DNA from: Pyrinomonadaceae bacterium | GTDB taxonomy: Bacteria; Acidobacteriota; Blastocatellia; Pyrinomonadales; Pyrinomonadaceae | Direction of reading: 5' to 3' | Assembly: GCA_039933315.1 (NCBI GenBank) | Contig: JBDTOI010000002.1 | Location: 992 to 64,991 of the forward strand | Length of the DNA: 64,000 nt | In this document: piece after piece, positions 51,774 to 61,217 of the stretch | Layout of the letters: every line of letters begins with the position of its first letter | Position numbering within the stretch: position 1 is the first letter of the stretch | Position numbers and translations under genes: made by a program | Notes under the pieces: model-generated | Database searches by the model: none | What the model saw: only the letters and a program-made list of their open reading frames with translations | What the model was told of the DNA's origin: nothing

Positions 51774-53549
51774 CTACTTTACCCACTCGTCGGCTATTTC
51801 TATTTCAACTTTTATCGGCACCACCGTGACATACTCTTCCCCCGCGGCACACATCGCCCGTTCCACCCGGCGAGCCACTTCATCAGCGTCGTTCGCCTCA
51901 GCCTCAACCACAATCTCATCATGAATGATGTTTACGATCCGGCCGGAGGTCTCTTTTAGCTCATCTCGCAGCAGGCGTAACGCTCTTTTCAAGATGTCCG
52001 CGCTGGTCCCTTGAATAGGGGTGTTTTTGCCGTTCCGCCTGGTCATCGAGATTTGTTGGCGATCCTGGTCGTCATAGCGAAAGCGCACCAGCCGGCCGGA
52101 TCCGGTCCGGGCCTGACGATCGCGAACGGCGCGGTTTGCCGCTTCGTGGAGGTAGGTATCCAACTGGCGATAGGTGGCGAAATACTTGCGCAGAACATTC
52201 TCCGCTTCGGTGACACTTAACCCGGTCATCATCGAGAAGCGCTGCGCGCCAATGCCGTAAACCACGCCGAAGTTCAAGCGCTTGGCAAAGTCGCGCTGTT
52301 CTTTGCTGACTTGATCCAGAGATACATTAAAGACTTCAGCGGCAGTAACGCGATGAAGATCTGCCCCGGAATTGAACGCCTTAATGAAGGCCTGATCGCC
52401 GGAGAACTGGGCCAGGATGCGCAGCTCGATCTGCGAATAATCGGCAATGATTAGTTTGCGGCCGTCGGGGTGACCGCTGAAGCAGCGACGATACTCCAGG
52501 GCGTGCGGTACTTGTTGGATGTTTGGATTCGTGCAGGAAAACCTTCCTGTCGGAGCGCCAATCTGGCGAAAGTCTGCATGCAGGCGGCCAGTGGCGGGAT
52601 TGATCAGCTCGATCATGTTCCGGCCATAACTTGTCAGCGCCTTTTGCACCGTGCGGTACTCGAGCAGTTGGGCCACGACCGGATACTGGACGGCCAGGGG
52701 CTGCAATTTCCAGTTGCGGGTAGAATCAGGCACTGGAATGCCCAGGCGTTGGAGCGCTTGCGTCAATTGTTGATGCGAATCGAGATTGATGTCGTCGCGT
52801 TGAGGGCCGCCGAAAAGTGTTCCCTGAGACGACTCTTCCGCCAAAATTTCCTGCAGCTCTTCAGCCAGTTCGCCGCGTCGTTTTTCAACGATTGTCAGCT
52901 GCTCGAGCCAGCGATCCTTACGCATGTAGAAGCCCGTCAGCTCGATGTCGGCGACCGGCATCACGCATTCAAATTCGAGCTGCGCGCATTTGATCAGCGA
53001 ATCTGACTTCAATCGCTCGATCAGTTTTTCGCGCAGAGGCAAAAGAATCGCCGCATCGCGCGCCGCATATTCCAGCTGCGCTTCCGACAGTTCAAAGTTC
53101 CAATTGCTCAGGCGCTCCGACTTGTCCACTGATTCGTTCAGATAGCGGGCGGCGACCGTGTCCAGCCCGTGCCGTTCCTCGATGTCACCGGCGCCGATCA
53201 GCTGGCTGGCTAACAACGTGTCGAATAAACCGCCGATGTCGGCGCCGAGGTTGTGTTTGATGAATTTCGCGTCAAACTTTGCGTTGTGCGCGATCTTTAT
53301 TGGGCGCGGCGCTTCCAGCAACCGTTTCAGCGAGGCGAAGGTCTCATTTTGGGAAAAATCGCCATTGGCAAACGCATCCATGTCGATGACGCGGACACCG
53401 TCGGGGGCAGCCAGTTGGATCAGGCGCAGGCGAGCATTGTAAGGATCGAGGTCGGTGGTTTCCGTATCGAGGCCGATAGCACCTTGTTTTTCAAGTGATT
53501 CGACTGCGGCGCGAAGCTCTGCTTCCGTTTTTATTACCTGGTACTTCAT
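51774..53549 (-). CDS. family-A DNA polymerase with 3'-5' exonuclease domain, lacking the 5'-3' exonuclease domain (Klenow-like)
   Basis: Exo motifs 'GLDTETTDL', 'HNAKFD' and 'YAARDA'. Pol motif A 'DYSQIELR', motif B 'RDFAKRLNFGVVYG', motif C 'IHDEI'. ATG at 53549 (MKYQVIK); the track extension to 53606 runs into repeat E2. Confidence 0.88.
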   Translation of the reverse strand: MKYQVIKTEAELRAAVESLEKQGAIGLDTETTDLDPYNARLRLIQLAAPDGVRVIDMDAFANGDFSQNETFASLKRLLEAPRPIKIAHNAKFDAKFIKHNLGADIGGLFDTLLASQLIGAGDIEERHGLDTVAARYLNESVDKSERLSNWNFELSEAQLEYAARDAAILLPLREKLIERLKSDSLIKCAQLEFECVMPVADIELTGFYMRKDRWLEQLTIVEKRRGELAEELQEILAEESSQGTLFGGPQRDDINLDSHQQLTQALQRLGIPVPDSTRNWKLQPLAVQYPVVAQLLEYRTVQKALTSYGRNMIELINPATGRLHADFRQIGAPTGRFSCTNPNIQQVPHALEYRRCFSGHPDGRKLIIADYSQIELRILAQFSGDQAFIKAFNSGADLHRVTAAEVFNVSLDQVSKEQRDFAKRLNFGVVYGIGAQRFSMMTGLSVTEAENVLRKYFATYRQLDTYLHEAANRAVRDRQARTGSGRLVRFRYDDQDRQQISMTRRNGKNTPIQGTSADILKRALRLLRDELKETSGRIVNIIHDEIVVEAEANDADEVARRVERAMCAAGEEYVTVVPIKVEIEIADEWVK

Positions 53550-53556
53550 TTTCCTG

Positions 53557-53655
53557 GTGGCACAGACTTCAGTCTGTGAAAAACTACGCCCTGGTGGCCA
53601 CTTCAATCTCTGATGAATCTACCGCGCTATATTCACAGACTGAAGTCTGTGCCAC
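53557..53655. repeat. family-E hairpin element (copy E2)
   Basis: GTGGCACAGACTTCAGTCTGTGAA (53557-53580) is inverted relative to TTCACAGACTGAAGTCTGTGCCAC (53632-53655). The right arm overlaps the last 7 codons plus stop of the MFS gene. Confidence 0.9.
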
Positions 53656-54949
53656 TTGAAGGCACGCGCGTCTTTACCAGGGTCAGCAGCAACAAAGCAG
53701 CAACGGTTCCCAGAGCAGCACTAACCAGAAACGCCGTGGCTGGCCCCCGCCAACTCCAGAGCGCGCCCATCAATAAAGACGCTGGTAACACTGTTATGCC
53801 GAACGCAAGATTATACAACCCGTACGCAGTGCCGCGCTGTTCCGGACGAACCAGATCGGCGACCAGGGCTTTCTCAGCGCCTTCAGCAAGCCCGAAGTAG
53901 ATTCCGTAAATCAGGAACAGGGCCCAGACGGAAATCGCCGACGAGACGAAAGCAAACCCGGCATAAACCGCCGCGTACAGAATCCAGCCTGAGACGATTA
54001 AACGTTTTCGCCCCAAACGATCGGAGAGGTCGCCGCCAAAGATTGAGCTCAGCACCTTACTAACATGTAGCGCCGCCCAGAGCAGCGGAATAGCGGTGAT
54101 AGAAACTCCGGCATCCTGGGCCCGCAGCAGCAGAAACGCATCCGACGAGTTCGACAGCGTGAAGAGCGCAACGATAGGCAGAAAGCGCTTGAAGTTACCT
54201 TCAAAACCGCGCAGCGAAAGACGTGGCGGCGCCGCAGTTTCAAGCTCTGCCGGACTTCGTATGCGCTTCGTTTCGCGCACAAAAAAGGAGACCACCAGCA
54301 CGGCGGCCAGCGCCGGGATGGAGGCCAAAAGAAATATCCTGGTGAAGTCGCCTGCCGTTGGTGCGTTGCGGTTCGCCGCAAATATCATCACCAGCAGGTA
54401 ACCAATCAAAGGGCCGATCACGGCTCCCGTGTGGTCCATCGCCCGATGAAAGCCGAACGCCAGACCGCGCTCTTCCACCGCTACCGTGTCGGCAATCATT
54501 GCATCGCGGGGCGCGCTGCGTATGCCCTTGCCGACCCGATCGGTCAGGCGAATCGCGAGCACCTGATGCCAACTGGTGGCAAAGGCAAGCAGCGGGCGGA
54601 CCACGTTGGCCAGTGAGTAGCCAAGTACGACAAAGACTTTGCGTTTGCCGCGCCGGTCGCTGAAGTAGCCGGAAAAGAGTTTGAGCAGGCTCGAGAGAGA
54701 TTCGGCGGCGCCTTCGATCACACCAACGATGGCTGGAGAGGCGCCCAGGGTAAGTGACAGAAAAATCGGCAGGAACGGATAGATGATTTCGCTGGAGATG
54801 TCATTTAGCAGGCTGACCAGGCTGATGGCAAAGACATTGCGCGGCAGGCGCCGATAACGCTGCCATAAGCCGGGAGTTCTTTCGTTGAGTTTTTCCGGAC
54901 TGATGCGCGCGTCAAACTGATCGGCGGCGTCGGTATCGGTCTCGGACAT
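53633..54949 (-). CDS. MFS transporter
   Basis: 12 predicted TM helices. MFS loop motifs 'GYFSDRRGKRKV' and 'LTDRVGKGIRSAPRDA'. Confidence 0.85.
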   Translation of the reverse strand: MSETDTDAADQFDARISPEKLNERTPGLWQRYRRLPRNVFAISLVSLLNDISSEIIYPFLPIFLSLTLGASPAIVGVIEGAAESLSSLLKLFSGYFSDRRGKRKVFVVLGYSLANVVRPLLAFATSWHQVLAIRLTDRVGKGIRSAPRDAMIADTVAVEERGLAFGFHRAMDHTGAVIGPLIGYLLVMIFAANRNAPTAGDFTRIFLLASIPALAAVLVVSFFVRETKRIRSPAELETAAPPRLSLRGFEGNFKRFLPIVALFTLSNSSDAFLLLRAQDAGVSITAIPLLWAALHVSKVLSSIFGGDLSDRLGRKRLIVSGWILYAAVYAGFAFVSSAISVWALFLIYGIYFGLAEGAEKALVADLVRPEQRGTAYGLYNLAFGITVLPASLLMGALWSWRGPATAFLVSAALGTVAALLLLTLVKTRVPSSGTDFSL

Positions 54950-54964
54950 GGTTTGCAGGTCGGA

Positions 54965-55177
54965 TTAACGAGCGGGCGCGCGCCGCGCGGGCGCCGGGCG
55001 TTCTGTATTGGTTGCTGAAGAGTTGAACCAGCCCATGGCCGCAGCGACCAGCAACGCGATTACGATCACACCAACGAAGACCATTTTGATGGCCATACGA
55101 AGCATTCGCCGGGCAATGAAGATAAACAAAAATAGCGCGACGAGGCCGATAACGACGGCAATGGGTGTTGAGTCCAT
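54965..55177 (-). CDS. small two-TM membrane protein
   Basis: 70 aa with two hydrophobic helices and an Arg/Pro-rich tail. 15 nt upstream of the MFS gene. Confidence 0.45.
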   Translation of the reverse strand: MDSTPIAVVIGLVALFLFIFIARRMLRMAIKMVFVGVIVIALLVAAAMGWFNSSATNTERPAPARRAPAR

Positions 55178-55182
55178 ACTTC

Positions 55183-55605
55183 CTATTGTTTCTTATAGCT
55201 TGCCCTGACTACAGTCTTAATGTTTCCCCTCACATGAAAGTCGCCTTCAATCTCGACGCTGAGGGGATCGCAGGCGCTGACAAAGTCTTCCAGGATCACG
55301 TTGATCACGTGTTCGTGGAATATCTTCACCTGCCGAAACGAATTGATGTAGAGCTTGAGACTCTTCAATTCGATGCAGAGTTCATTCGGCACATATTCCA
55401 GGCGGATAGTGGCAAAGTCGGGGAAATCAGAGAAGGGGCAGATGGCCGTAAATTCAGTCATCTCGAAATTGATCTTTATTTCGCGCCCGGGAAACTCGTA
55501 GCGAAAAGTGTCCAGCGGGTAGAGACCCATCTCTTCGCGCGGTGTCGGGCGAATGTCGAGACCTTGCTGGCTCACCGCAGTGGGCGACGTTTCAGTTGAA
55601 GGCAT
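55183..55605 (-). CDS. queF: NADPH-dependent 7-cyano-7-deazaguanine reductase (type I QueF)
   Basis: '[23 protein letters not shown]' (catalytic Cys) and '[13 protein letters not shown]'. ATG at 55605. Confidence 0.88.
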   Translation of the reverse strand: MPSTETSPTAVSQQGLDIRPTPREEMGLYPLDTFRYEFPGREIKINFEMTEFTAICPFSDFPDFATIRLEYVPNELCIELKSLKLYINSFRQVKIFHEHVINVILEDFVSACDPLSVEIEGDFHVRGNIKTVVRASYKKQ

Positions 55606-55727
55606 GATAATCCTCGCCGAATATAGTGATCTTAACCGAGTCCCGACTAATACGGCAATCAAGCATCCCGCAAAAAATGAATGAGCGGCACCGGAGCACC
55701 GCTCATCGTTTTTACCCGGAATTCATA

Positions 55728-56486
55728 TCAGGCCGGAGAGTTTGCCGTCCGGCCAATGGTAAAGAACTTGACCAGCACGAGCCCGGCGATGAAACCGCCG
55801 ATGTGAGCGGCATAGGCCACCCCACCCTGTTGCGATCCACCACCCAACATGCCAAGTCCGCTGATTAACTGGAAGACGAACCACATGCCAATCGCGACAT
55901 AAGCTGGAACCTGAGTGAGCATACGAAACAGGAACACCGTTACCCGACGATGTGGGTGAAGCAGAATGTAGCCACCCAGCACTCCCGAGATCGCGCCGGA
56001 AGCGCCCAGACTGGGGATCAGGAGGCCGCTTTGATCAGTGGCCAGCATAGCGGTGGTAAATACGTGGGCCAGTGAGGCAAGTATTCCGCAGACCAGATAG
56101 AAAATGGCATACCTGGCGTGCCCCATTGAATGCTCGAGGTTGTCGCCGAAAATCCACAGGAAAAGCATGTTGCCAAAGATGTGCGCAATGCCGCCGTGCA
56201 TGAACATCGAAGTGATTAACGTGAGGTAAACGGTAAACGGCGTGGGCTGGAGTCCGGGATATAAGACCTCCTGGCCAGTGGGTGTCGTCCGCACGGCATC
56301 CTGAGTGGTTATATCCCGGCCGGTGACAATCTCCTGCGGTACGGTCGAATACGCGTAGGTGAACCGGTCGTTGGAGCCGAGCTGTTGCAGAAAAACAAAG
56401 ACCAAAATGTTAATGGCGATCAGAATGTAATTAACAATTGGCGCTGTGGTCCGATCACTGTTGTCATCGGCGATGGGAAAAATCAT
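55728..56486 (-). CDS. rhomboid family intramembrane serine protease
   Basis: 'HGGIAHIFGNMLFLWIFG' and the catalytic 'GASGAISGVLG' motif, with His in 'AHIGGFIAG'. Confidence 0.85.
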   Translation of the reverse strand: MIFPIADDNSDRTTAPIVNYILIAINILVFVFLQQLGSNDRFTYAYSTVPQEIVTGRDITTQDAVRTTPTGQEVLYPGLQPTPFTVYLTLITSMFMHGGIAHIFGNMLFLWIFGDNLEHSMGHARYAIFYLVCGILASLAHVFTTAMLATDQSGLLIPSLGASGAISGVLGGYILLHPHRRVTVFLFRMLTQVPAYVAIGMWFVFQLISGLGMLGGGSQQGGVAYAAHIGGFIAGLVLVKFFTIGRTANSPA

Positions 56487-56549
56487 CCGTTGTACTCCTT
56501 GTGCTCTAAAATGTTAGCCAGCAGGTTCGCGCAAATGACGCTGAGAACT

Positions 56550-56595
56550 GAAAACCAAAAGGCGCAAAGGTGTGGAGTGCTTCTTCTTTGCGCCT
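56550..56595 (-). terminator. Rho-independent terminator formed by a family-F repeat (F3, extends to 56615)
   Basis: 10-bp stem AGGCGCAAAG (56560-56569) / CTTTGCGCCT (56586-56595), followed on the minus strand by TTTTGGTTTT. Downstream of the DAACS gene. Confidence 0.6.
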
Positions 56596-56664
56596 GTGCG
56601 TGAAACCTCAACTTTGTTCAGATCCAAAATGATTAATGATATATGGAAATGGACCCTATAAGTT

Positions 56665-58140
56665 TCAAAGAGCTCCACCGCCAACTCCCGCGCGCACAAT
56701 GGCCGGTTCGTGCGGTTTCAAAAGCTCGTAGCCTTCCGAGCGCGCAACATAAGTGGCGGCCGTGATATCGCCCACCACATTCAAGGTGGTGCGGCACATG
56801 TCGAGTATGCGATCCACTCCCAGGATGATCGCAATCAGCGCGGGATTCACACCAATCGTGACCAACACACCGATGATGAAGGGAATGGAACCCGACGGCA
56901 CTCCGGCCGTGCCGATCCCGCCCAGGATTGCCAAATAAACAACCATCAACTGCTGACCCAGAGAAAGATCAATGCCCGCCAGTTGCGCCAGAAACAGCAC
57001 GGTGACGCCTTCGTACAAAGCCGTCCCGTTCTGATTTGCTGTCGCGCCGACGGTTAACACGAAGCTGTTAATCTCCTGTGGCACCCCCAGGTTCTGCTCT
57101 GAGACGCGCAAGGCAGTCGGCAACGTCGCGTTCGATGAAGACGTGGAAAAGGCCGTGAGGATGACGGTCTTGATGCGGCGAAAGAAATCGAGCGGCGACA
57201 GTTTTGAGAGAAAATAGATAGAGAGCGAATAGACGCCAAACATGTGCAGCGACAGTCCCAGCAACACGGTCACGATGAACCAGCCTAAAGCCTGTAACAG
57301 ATCGAGCCCGAACCGCGCCGTATTGTTAAAGAGCAAACAGGCCACGGCATAGGGCGCAAACTTCATAATTATCTCGATGATCTTCGCCGTGATTTCGTAG
57401 AGAGCCTGGAGCCCGCGCAACAGCGGCGCAGTCGCTTTGACGGGAATAAGCGTTATGGCGATCCCAACCACCAGGGCAAAGAACATTAGGTGAAGCATGT
57501 TGGGCGATCCGCCCGAGGTCGCTGTGCTCGGATTTGAGGGCACGCCGGCCATGGCGGCAAACGGGTTTGAAGGCACGATTGTATCGACCACTTGCATTAG
57601 CGGCGTTGCAACGGCGCCAGACTTTTTCGCCGCATCCACTTGCTTCGTAGCGTCAGTGCTGTAGCGCTGTTCGAGCGCCGCCTTGGTCGCGGGATCGATG
57701 CGCGTGCCCGGCTTGATGGTGTTAGCCAGGGTCAGTCCGATCACCACGGAGATGGCTGACAAGACAAGGCAGTAGGCAAACGATTTCACCCCCACGCGTC
57801 CCAGCTTGCGTATGTCCCCGATGCCGGCCACGCCCACCACCAGCGAAGAAAAGACCAGCGGTACCACAATCATCAGCAACAGACGCAGGAAGAGTTGGCC
57901 CACCGGATTAGTGACATGATCAACAATCCGTACCACCCACACGTTGTCGCCGCCCACCAGGCGATTAACCATGACCCCGGCAATGACGCCGACAGCGAGG
58001 CCAATCAGGATGCGGGTGTGGAGCGCGAGACCCTTTGGTTTATCCGGCGTCTCATCATCCAGGTCTGTAGTTATCTCACGCTCGAATGCGTCTTCATCAA
58101 GGCGCGGGACGCTTCGGTTCTGGTCGTCTTTTTGCGGCAT
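56665..58140 (-). CDS. dicarboxylate/amino acid:cation symporter (DAACS family)
   Basis: 'FSTSSSNATLPTAL' signature and 'VGATANQNGTALYEG'. Confidence 0.88.
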   Translation of the reverse strand: MPQKDDQNRSVPRLDEDAFEREITTDLDDETPDKPKGLALHTRILIGLAVGVIAGVMVNRLVGGDNVWVVRIVDHVTNPVGQLFLRLLLMIVVPLVFSSLVVGVAGIGDIRKLGRVGVKSFAYCLVLSAISVVIGLTLANTIKPGTRIDPATKAALEQRYSTDATKQVDAAKKSGAVATPLMQVVDTIVPSNPFAAMAGVPSNPSTATSGGSPNMLHLMFFALVVGIAITLIPVKATAPLLRGLQALYEITAKIIEIIMKFAPYAVACLLFNNTARFGLDLLQALGWFIVTVLLGLSLHMFGVYSLSIYFLSKLSPLDFFRRIKTVILTAFSTSSSNATLPTALRVSEQNLGVPQEINSFVLTVGATANQNGTALYEGVTVLFLAQLAGIDLSLGQQLMVVYLAILGGIGTAGVPSGSIPFIIGVLVTIGVNPALIAIILGVDRILDMCRTTLNVVGDITAATYVARSEGYELLKPHEPAIVRAGVGGGAL

Positions 58141-58221
58141 GGTGTTTTAGTTACCTGTTCCTCGTTGTAGATCGTTAACTGCAACTCGAAACCTTAAACT
58201 CGAAACCCGAAACTTAGCCCC

Positions 58222-59106
58222 TTATCTGCCCCAGCGCAGTTTGTCGCGCAGCACCTCAAAATAGTTTCGGTTCATTGGCTGCACCAGATTAAACGTCGTG
58301 CGGCTCTTGCGAATAATTACCCGGTCTTCGACTTTTAAAGGAAAGCCTACCTGTCCATCGAGTGTCAGCGCCACGTCTTCTTCCGGCGTTTTTAAGCGCA
58401 GTTCTATCTCGGCGTCGTCCGGCACGACAATTGGTCGGTTGGACAAAGTGAAGGGGCAAATGGGTGTGATTACAATGGCATTCATCGAAGGATAGATTAC
58501 CGGGCCGCCGGCGGAGAGATTGTAAGCGGTCGAGCCCGTCGGAGTGGAAACTATCAGACCATCGGCGCGAAAAGAATTCACAAACTGCTGGTTGAGGTAG
58601 GCTTCAATTTCAATTATGCGGGCCAATGCTGATTTGTTAATGACCACGTCATTGAGGACACGGTTACCGCTAACATGATCGTTGCCGCGGAACAACTCTA
58701 CCGCCAGCATCACTCGCTTTTCGAGTTTGAATTCTCCTTTGAGGATCGATTCCAGGGCCTCGAACAGTTCTTCAATGCGAAACTCCGCGAGATAGCCCAG
58801 TCCGCCGTAGTTAACCCCGATGACCGGAACGTCAGTATCGCCAACCATGCGCGCGGTTGCGATCATGGTGCCGTCACCGCCCAGCACCAAGATCAGATCG
58901 ACGCTGGCCGCCAGTTTGTCCTGCGCAACGATCTCAACCGAGCAGCCGGTTTCATGTTGAATTCGCTCGCGTTCGATCTCAGGGCTGCCCAGCAGGGAGA
59001 TTCCCCGCGCGTTTAACCACTCGGTCAAACGACACAGCGTTTGCAGGGCATCCGGTTGGTGCCGCTTAACCACGACACCCACGCGCTTGATTGGAGAAAC
59101 GGTCAT
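58222..59106 (-). CDS. nadK: NAD(+) kinase
   Basis: 'DLILVLGGDGTMI', 'GVNYGGLGYL' and 'STPTGSTAYNLSAGGP'. Confidence 0.9.
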   Translation of the reverse strand: MTVSPIKRVGVVVKRHQPDALQTLCRLTEWLNARGISLLGSPEIERERIQHETGCSVEIVAQDKLAASVDLILVLGGDGTMIATARMVGDTDVPVIGVNYGGLGYLAEFRIEELFEALESILKGEFKLEKRVMLAVELFRGNDHVSGNRVLNDVVINKSALARIIEIEAYLNQQFVNSFRADGLIVSTPTGSTAYNLSAGGPVIYPSMNAIVITPICPFTLSNRPIVVPDDAEIELRLKTPEEDVALTLDGQVGFPLKVEDRVIIRKSRTTFNLVQPMNRNYFEVLRDKLRWGR

Positions 59107-59149
59107 CTATGAACGTCTAAGGTTAACAAAGGCCAGACAGGTTACGCCA

Positions 59150-59899
59150 TTAGTCTGTCGTGCGTTCGTAAACAGCCAGATATTCCTGATTGCCTTCGGC
59201 GCCCCGGATGGGCGATTCAATTACGCTGCGCGCTTTTAATCCCAACCCCCGCGCTGCCTCATTCACTTCTTCGATCACGCGCGCGTGTTGCTTCGGGTCG
59301 GTAACGATGCCTCCGCGCCCTACCTCGCCACGCCCCACTTCAAACTGCGGTTTGATAAGCGTAATCACCAGCGCGCTGGCAGTCAACAAACTGACCACTG
59401 CCGGCAGAACTTTGGTGGCGGAAATAAAGGAGACATCAATCGTCGCCAGGTCGAACTGAGCTGCGAAGTCGTCGGGTTTCAGATAACGGGCGTTAACGCC
59501 CTCGCGAGATTCGACCCGGGGGTCAGTGCGCAAGCGCCAATCCAATTGATTGTGGCCGACATCAATCGCCATGACTTTGGCGGCGCCGTGTTGCAGCAGG
59601 CAATCGGTGAAGCCACCAGTCGAGGCCCCTACGTCCAGGCAGAGCAAATCCTGCACATCGATGGCAAACTCGCGGAGGGCCGCTTCCAGCTTTACGCCGC
59701 CGCGTCCCACATAACGGGCGGCGGGATCGTTTGCGCCCTTAAGACGAACCTGGGCATCGAGTGAGATTAACTCGGAAGGCTTTTCCACGCGCTGGTCTTC
59801 AACCAGCACGGCCCCGGCCATCACCATCGCCTGTGCCTTTGTGCGCGATGATGCCAGGCCGCGTTCTACCAGCAGCTTGTCTATACGTTCGCGCTTCAT
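59150..59899 (-). CDS. tlyA: TlyA-family rRNA (cytidine-2'-O)-methyltransferase
   Basis: S4-like 'RIDKLLVERGLASSRTKAQAMVMAGAV'. FtsJ-type 'CLDVGASTGGFTDCLLQHGA'. Confidence 0.88.
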   Translation of the reverse strand: MKRERIDKLLVERGLASSRTKAQAMVMAGAVLVEDQRVEKPSELISLDAQVRLKGANDPAARYVGRGGVKLEAALREFAIDVQDLLCLDVGASTGGFTDCLLQHGAAKVMAIDVGHNQLDWRLRTDPRVESREGVNARYLKPDDFAAQFDLATIDVSFISATKVLPAVVSLLTASALVITLIKPQFEVGRGEVGRGGIVTDPKQHARVIEEVNEAARGLGLKARSVIESPIRGAEGNQEYLAVYERTTD

Positions 59900-59971
59900 G
59901 CCGTGACACTTTACAGCACAAACGGCCCGAACGCCGAGATATGAAGTTTAGATTTTGCCGCCGGGCTGCGA

Positions 59972-60241
59972 CTATCTGCGAGCGCTGTGCACCAGGGCGC
60001 GGGGGGCCTCATTAAGGTGCAACTCGGCGGCGCATTCGTCACAGAGCCACACCAGAATCTGCGGCGCATCCATCCAGTAAAAAGGAGTTATCCGGCCCGC
60101 GATCTTTAAGGCGTGATCAGCTGACAAACGCTGAATTGCCTGTACGAAGAACACACCATTATAGAAATCGCCTTCGGCCCCCGCTTCGCGGTGAAGACAC
60201 TCGCGCTCACGAAAAGTTTGCTTCATCATCGAGGTTACCAC
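59972..60241 (-). CDS. hypothetical protein
   Basis: 89-aa ORF (GTG start; ATG two to three codons in). 'WLCDECAAELH' is the only Cys-containing patch. No family recognised. Confidence 0.4.
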   Translation of the reverse strand: MVTSMMKQTFRERECLHREAGAEGDFYNGVFFVQAIQRLSADHALKIAGRITPFYWMDAPQILVWLCDECAAELHLNEAPRALVHSARR

Positions 60242-60428
60242 CCTCCCTCGCGCCGCACCGCGCGAGAATAATTTGAAAAGTCGGAGAGACTTTTGTCGGG
60301 CGTTTTCTGATGTGAGAGCTGAGGGGCTGGGCGAATCCTAAGCCTAAAGGGGGGTAACTCTGGTGCGCCTTGATTTGCATGATGCCACGCTAGCCCGGAC
60401 GTGGTCAACGTGCTTGAAAAGACTATCT

Positions 60429-61091
60429 TTAAAAAGGACTCGGGCCTTCGAATATCTCCCGGATGCGTCCAGCGTCGCGCGGTCGCTCTACAACTGGATC
60501 GGAATCATTAGGGCGTCGAACTTTTGCAGCCTGGTGGCGCTGAGCTGGTCGGTCGGACCGCTTCATTACAACTTTTTGTTGGCTAGCGGCAGCTTCATCG
60601 TCCGCAGACCTCTGCTTGCTTCGCTCCCGGCCATTCAACGGCGTGATTTCTTTGGCCGGAATGGGTGCGATGTCGCTCAGGTCACTCTCATCCTCTGTTG
60701 AAGTTGGCTTGGTTGTTGACGCTGAAGCCACGGTCTCATCCGACTGCCGCGCGATAGGCTTCGAAGTATTCTCCGAATCTACCACCAGGGTGGGCGGCGC
60801 GGGGAACTCTGCCACCGCAGTCGCTGGCGCTGCTCGCCGGTTCTGCAAAAAGACGACGGATACAGCTACGCCCGCCCCGAGTAGCGCGGCCGCCAGGATA
60901 ATGCCTGCCTTAAACAAGTAACCACGCGTCGTTTCCGGTGCCGCGGCAATGTCGATCGGCACCACAGGCCTTGCCGTTAGCAACGTGGCTTCGTCATCGA
61001 AGTGCGGCAACGGTGGTGTCGGAGCCTCTGGTTGAGGTTCCATCGGAATAGTAATTCTGGTTAGGTTCTTCATTGCAACAAAGCTGGCCAT
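60429..61091 (-). CDS. hypothetical single-pass membrane protein
   Basis: Pro-rich N-terminus, one TM 'AGIILAAALLGAGVAVSVVFL', and a low-complexity S/T/A/R-rich C-terminal region. Confidence 0.5.
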   Translation of the reverse strand: MASFVAMKNLTRITIPMEPQPEAPTPPLPHFDDEATLLTARPVVPIDIAAAPETTRGYLFKAGIILAAALLGAGVAVSVVFLQNRRAAPATAVAEFPAPPTLVVDSENTSKPIARQSDETVASASTTKPTSTEDESDLSDIAPIPAKEITPLNGRERSKQRSADDEAAASQQKVVMKRSDRPAQRHQAAKVRRPNDSDPVVERPRDAGRIREIFEGPSPF

Positions 61092-61217
61092 GCTCGCCTG
61101 GTTGCAAGATCAGGGCCAGAGTGAACTAAGTCGGCTTTAGGGTGTTGGGATTCAAAGGCGGGTTTTAGAGCGGTACGAGTTCGTTATGCGACCTACCCAT
61201 ATCGTGCACTAACCGAT

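Noticed and set aside
58176-58215. Short direct repeats AACTCGAAAC x2 plus CCGAAAC upstream of the DAACS gene
   Set aside because: There are only two and a half short units and no inverted partner. This is too little to distinguish from chance.
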